Source: Chthoniobacteraceae bacterium
GTDB lineage: Bacteria > Verrucomicrobiota > Verrucomicrobiia > Chthoniobacterales > Chthoniobacteraceae
Length of the DNA: 17,489 bases
NCBI GenBank assembly: GCA_031409655.1
Contig: JANNXQ010000010.1
Span: 1 to 17,489 of the forward strand
Reading direction: 5' to 3'
How positions within the stretch are numbered: the first letter of the stretch is position 1; each line of letters begins with the position of its first letter. The translations under genes were made by a program, and so were the position numbers. A model generated the notes under the pieces. That model had not been told where the DNA came from, made no database searches, and saw only the letters and a program-made list of their open reading frames with translations. Positions 13,427 to 17,489 of this stretch are shown here, one piece after another.

Positions 13427-16400
13427 CTATTTCAGCGACAGCAAGTAAGCAAAGAGATCGCTCACCTGTTCCGCCGGCAGCACATCGAGCAGCCCTTCTG
13501 GCATCAGCGAGCGGCGGAGGTATTGCGTCTTGGTGATGTCTGATTTTGCGATGCGGCGGTCTGGCATGCCCGGGGCGCGGATGACCACCGCCTCCTTGTC
13601 TTCACTCACGAAGAAGGCATCGACGATGTCGCCGCTCTTCAGTTCCACGCGATAAATGCGGTAGCCGTTTTCCATCGCCGCATTGGGCGTGAGGATGTTC
13701 CGCAGGATGGCTTCCGTACCCATCGCGCCGACGCCGCTGAGGTCCGGCCCGATGGCGCCGCCCTGGCCTTTGAAGAGGTGGCAGGCGGAGCAAAGCATCG
13801 CGGTATTTTTGCCCCGTGTGGCGTCGCCGGATTGCAGCGCGAGCGCGCGATACTTGGCAAACTTCGCATCGAGCGCGGTCGCTTCGGCGGCGCTCAGCAC
13901 CGGTGGAAAGTCGCTCGTCTTCGTGAGCTTCGCGCCGGGTTGGAGCTTGCCCGGGCCTGTGAAGACGAGTCCGGCGGGCTTTGCGTTTGCGTCGAAGGTG
14001 CGGTCGAAGTCGCGGCGGATTTCATCCGCGGTCCTAGCGATGTTCCAGATGCGGAATGCATCGAGCGCGCCCGCGGTGCCGCCTTTCGTGCCGGTCCAGC
14101 CGAGGCGCACGTTCTCAAATTTCCGCGGCGCGGGCTTGGTCCCTTCGGCGGTGAGTTCGCCATCCTGGTAGAGCCGGAAGCGGCCCTCGGCATCGCGCAC
14201 CGCGGCGACGTGCGTCCAGAGGCCGGCGGTCACGGGCTTCGAAGACACCGCGACATCGTGCAATCCGTCGCCGACCCACACGCGGAATTTCTCGCCGAAG
14301 AAATTCATGTCGAGCTGGCCAGGCGCGCCGAGGATGCCGTCGTCGTTCCCGATCTTCGGCTCGAGCCGCACCCAGCACTCGACGGTGAAGGGGCCGTCGA
14401 GCGTCACGCCCGTTTCGGTCCACGCGTCGTCCTTTCCATTGAGCGTGAGCACGGGGCGGAAAAGGGCCGCGAGTTCGCCGAGCAGCGCGGTGAGTGCGGG
14501 ATCGTTGCCGAGCACGGCCTGGAGTTTTTCCACGGTCGGGCCGTCGAGTTCGTCCTTCTGCAAAGTGCCTGCGCCGATCGCGCTGACGATGCTCTTCGCG
14601 CCGGGCTTGGTGGAAGCGAGGCGTTCGAGGGCGGTCCGGCGCTGGGTGGGGGAAAGGTCTGGCCAGAGCTTGAGCAGACGTTCGCTGGCATCGGGTGCCT
14701 TCGAGGCGGCGAGCGCGGAGATGGCTTCGTCGCGGAGCTGCGGGTCGCTCGCGGTGGTGGCGAGCTTCGCGAAGAGTTCGCTCTGTGTGCTGCCGATCTG
14801 GCTGAGCGCGCGGAGTGCAGAGAGTGCGACGGGTAGGACGGGCGTCCCGCCTGTTGCGGCGGGCGTCTCGCCCGGTGCATCCGGACGCGGGTTCGCGTTC
14901 GGTTGCGGTTCGACGTTCGGGAGGGTTCCGCGAGACGCGGAACCCGACGGGCGGGACGCCCGTCCTACCCGTTCCAACAATGCGACGAGTGCGTCCTCGA
15001 CATTCGTGAGCTGGAAGGCGCCGGCGAGTTGGAGGCCGAGTTGCACGGCGGATTCGTCGGGGCTGGCGAGGAGTTGTTTCGCGGCGTCGGTGAGGAGCGG
15101 CGCGAGCTTTGCGCTATCGAGCCGCGTGCGGGTGGCGAGCAGGGCTTCGAGCACGCCGGTGCGGGTCGCGGGATTGTTCAGCGCGGCGCGCAAGGCCTCG
15201 CCGACGCCGGGCTCGTCGGGGAATTGCGCGAGGCGCAGCACTTCCTCCTGCCCCGGCGCGCGCTGGAGTTGCGGCAGCAGCTTCGCCACCCGCGCCGCGC
15301 TGGCCTTCGGCTCCAGCGCGAGCGAGGCGAGCAGACCTTCTTCGGCAGAAAGCGATTTGCCTTCGGCGGAATCGAGAAATGCGATGACCGCTTCCGGCTG
15401 GCGCTCAAGGTACGTTCGCGCAAGGAAGCGCTGGAATTCGCGGTCGTAGGCTTCACGGACCTTGATCAGTTTTCCACCGCGGCTGCTCGGCACGAGGAGT
15501 TCCGGCCGCGGATTGGGATCGGGTTCGATGGTGTTGGTTACGAGCAGAGGTACTGCTGCCGGACCTCCCTTGGCGAGCGTGCGAATGACCTCGGCAGCGA
15601 CTTCCGGATCGGGATCGCCGGAGAACATTGAGATTCGATGTACGAGAGTCTGGCCGGCCAGACGCCCGTCCGGGCTAGGATGCTGGAAGGTCTCCGACGT
15701 CACCGTTGCCGCTCGCAACCCCTCGCGGCGGATATTGCGATCCTCATCGCCCAGGAGTGGATCGACAATCGAGACGTTGAAATTCTTCAGCGCACGCAAT
15801 CCCCAGAGTGCTTGAACTCTTCGGGAAACAGAAACGCCTATATCGGTAGCGATGTCGTCCAACTTTGCCGCCATCGTCGTGTCGCCGCGATCCACAATCG
15901 CCTGCCACGCCAGATGGCTCTGCGCCAGCGGCTCCGCGCCGAGCTTCGCGATCAACTCATCCCCGCTCAGCTTCGTGAAATCCGGGATCGTCACTGGCGC
16001 GGCGCCTCTTGCTTTCACCCGCCAGATGCGGCCGCGGGTTTTGTCGCGGTCGGGGTGGGCGCGGGGGACTTCGTTGTGGCTGATGATCTTGTTGTACCAA
16101 TCGACGATGTAGATGCAGCCGTCGGGGCCATTGGTCAGCGCCACGGGGCGGAAGAAAGGGTCGTCGCACGTGATCAGATCGGGCCCTTGCTCGAGTTTCC
16201 AATACGGGCCGTCGCGGTGCATCGCGAGCGTTTGAACTTTGGACGTGATGGGATTCGCCACAATCATGCACAGGCCGTCGGCCTTCAGTGTCGGCGTGAG
16301 TTTTCTGAATGCACCTTCGCCAAGTGCGAGGCCGCTGAGGCCGGAGCCGCCCATGCGGAATTCCGCGGCGGGCGGGAATTCGGGCTGGTAGCTCTTGCGG

Positions 16401-17488
16401 AGCGGCTCCATGCCGCCGGGGTAGTAGGCGTATTCGTGGAAAGGCATCACGGGGTAGCCGTAGTCATTGGCCTCCTGGATGAAGGTCTCGCCTTCGCCGG
16501 TGATGACGAGGCCCCAGATGTTGTTCGGCCCCGTGCTCGTGACTTCAAACCCGCTGCCATCGGGCCGCATTTTCGCCATCGAGCATTTCGGCCAATCGAC
16601 GCCGGCCTCGCCGTCGGGCTTGCGCACTTTGCTGTTGTTGAAAAGGCCCTGCGCCATCCAGATCCAGCCGCCGGGCGCGCGGGTGAATTGATGCGGGAAG
16701 AGATGCGAATCCTGCACGCCGAAGCCAGTGAGGATGACTTCGTGGGTGTCGGCGCGTCCGTCGCCGTCGGTGTCCTTGAAGAGCTTCAGGTCGTGCCCGT
16801 GCTGGATGTAGCAGGTGTCGCCCGCGCCCCACGGCAGGATGCCGAGCGGCATCGCGAGACCATCGGCGAAGACGGTCGGATGCGTGAGGCCGCCAGCAGG
16901 AAGCGGCGCGTTCAGCGCTTCGCGCGGATAGACCACCACTTTGTCCTTCGCCTTGGACTGGTAGAGCGCGTCGGCGGCGGCTGGGTTTTCGTTGCCATCC
17001 ACCGGGTACTCGAAGGCGGTCTGCGTCCACATCCGCCCGCGCTGATCAAAATAGACGCTGACGAATTTGCCGAGGCCCTCACTTTCCTGCACGACGAGTT
17101 CGATCTCGTAGCCGTTGGGGAGGTGAAAGAGCTTCTGCTGCTCCGCGGCGGTTTTCGCGGTGCCTTGCACGGCGTTGTAGCTCGTGTCGCGCTTCTGTCC
17201 TTTGATGTTCTGGAATGGCGCGGCGGCGGCATTCGGCTTCGGTTTTGGCGGAGGTGCGACCTTGGCCCGCGCGGCCTCGACGCCGCCGAGCGACTCCCAA
17301 GTCGGCGCGCCCGGCGTAGGTGGCAGTTCCTCGATGGTCACGTCCTTCACCTGCACGAGCGTGACGCCGCCGCTGTGGACCTGCGGCCCGATCTGGCCGT
17401 CGAGCGCGATGTTCGGGTCCGTTTCCGTGTAGTCGATGGCGAGCACGCCATTGATCCACGTCTGAATGCGCGGCCCCTCGGCACGGAT
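13427..17488 (-). CDS. PVC-type heme-binding CxxCH protein: DUF1080, sugar-dehydrogenase-like beta-propeller, HEAT repeats, LamG and cytochrome c; 5' truncated by the window edge
   Basis: The frame is open to the window edge (IRAEGPRIQTWINGV...GQIGPQVHSG, DUF1080). Further motifs: LPNGYEIELV, DTDGDGRAD, FRPVALTNGPDGCIYIVDWYNKIISH...RGRIWR, FTVECWVR...WTHVAAVRD (LamG), CSACH...IGPDL...SLMPEGL. Confidence 0.92.
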   Translation of the reverse strand: MRAEGPRIQTWINGVLAIDYTETDPNIALDGQIGPQVHSGGVTLVQVKDVTIEELPPTPGAPTWESLGGVEAARAKVAPPPKPKPNAAAAPFQNIKGQKRDTSYNAVQGTAKTAAEQQKLFHLPNGYEIELVVQESEGLGKFVSVYFDQRGRMWTQTAFEYPVDGNENPAAADALYQSKAKDKVVVYPREALNAPLPAGGLTHPTVFADGLAMPLGILPWGAGDTCYIQHGHDLKLFKDTDGDGRADTHEVILTGFGVQDSHLFPHQFTRAPGGWIWMAQGLFNNSKVRKPDGEAGVDWPKCSMAKMRPDGSGFEVTSTGPNNIWGLVITGEGETFIQEANDYGYPVMPFHEYAYYPGGMEPLRKSYQPEFPPAAEFRMGGSGLSGLALGEGAFRKLTPTLKADGLCMIVANPITSKVQTLAMHRDGPYWKLEQGPDLITCDDPFFRPVALTNGPDGCIYIVDWYNKIISHNEVPRAHPDRDKTRGRIWRVKARGAAPVTIPDFTKLSGDELIAKLGAEPLAQSHLAWQAIVDRGDTTMAAKLDDIATDIGVSVSRRVQALWGLRALKNFNVSIVDPLLGDEDRNIRREGLRAATVTSETFQHPSPDGRLAGQTLVHRISMFSGDPDPEVAAEVIRTLAKGGPAAVPLLVTNTIEPDPNPRPELLVPSSRGGKLIKVREAYDREFQRFLARTYLERQPEAVIAFLDSAEGKSLSAEEGLLASLALEPKASAARVAKLLPQLQRAPGQEEVLRLAQFPDEPGVGEALRAALNNPATRTGVLEALLATRTRLDSAKLAPLLTDAAKQLLASPDESAVQLGLQLAGAFQLTNVEDALVALLERVGRASRPSGSASRGTLPNVEPQPNANPRPDAPGETPAATGGTPVLPVALSALRALSQIGSTQSELFAKLATTASDPQLRDEAISALAASKAPDASERLLKLWPDLSPTQRRTALERLASTKPGAKSIVSAIGAGTLQKDELDGPTVEKLQAVLGNDPALTALLGELAALFRPVLTLNGKDDAWTETGVTLDGPFTVECWVRLEPKIGNDDGILGAPGQLDMNFFGEKFRVWVGDGLHDVAVSSKPVTAGLWTHVAAVRDAEGRFRLYQDGELTAEGTKPAPRKFENVRLGWTGTKGGTAGALDAFRIWNIARTADEIRRDFDRTFDANAKPAGLVFTGPGKLQPGAKLTKTSDFPPVLSAAEATALDAKFAKYRALALQSGDATRGKNTAMLCSACHLFKGQGGAIGPDLSGVGAMGTEAILRNILTPNAAMENGYRIYRVELKSGDIVDAFFVSEDKEAVVIRAPGMPDRRIAKSDITKTQYLRRSLMPEGLLDVLPAEQVSDLFAYLLSLK
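14829..14972. repeat. 144-bp GTAG-type palindromic (REP doublet) element inserted in frame in the CxxCH gene
   Basis: acgggtaggacgggcgtcccgcctgt (14829-14854) and acgggcgggacgcccgtcctacccgt (14947-14972) are inverted arms matching at 25/26. Internal hairpins cgggcg-tct-cgcccg and gggttccgcg-aga-cgcggaaccc. Confidence 0.9.
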
Positions 17489-17489
17489 G

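Noticed and set aside
1..17489. tRNA, rRNA, transposase or integrase genes
   Set aside because: None is recognisable; the enzymes that would mobilise the repeats are not in this window.

Overview
GC-rich bacterial chromosomal window. The protein families (PVC-type CxxCH heme protein, 'FAATRW'-type ECF sigma, DxDGDG...EYALG C-terminal motif) and frequent ccc-ATG starts without a clear Shine-Dalgarno suggest Verrucomicrobiota (inference). Gene order: partial LamG surface protein, Ig-like/S41 peptidase, decayed ECF sigma factor, Whirly-like putative ssDNA-binding protein, secreted hypothetical, folD, DUF374 acyltransferase, ubiX, membrane hypothetical, low-GC Zn-ribbon orphan, xylB, glyoxalase, BrnT/CopG-type toxin-antitoxin pair, lipoprotein, sugar-kinase/MurQ fusion, and a partial DUF1080-propeller-HEAT-LamG-cytochrome c protein. 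The most interesting observations are four. (1) A bacterial protein colinear with plant Whirly proteins. (2) A candidate sigma54-driven, GGA-rich small RNA in the 11169-11524 intergenic region. (3) GTAG/GGAG REP doublets, one of them inserted in frame as 48 codons in a protein gene. (4) Five 7-bp-period tandem arrays with different unit sequences, mostly as inverted pairs at gene junctions, one forming a protein fusion linker. All family assignments come from visual motif recognition; no searches were run.
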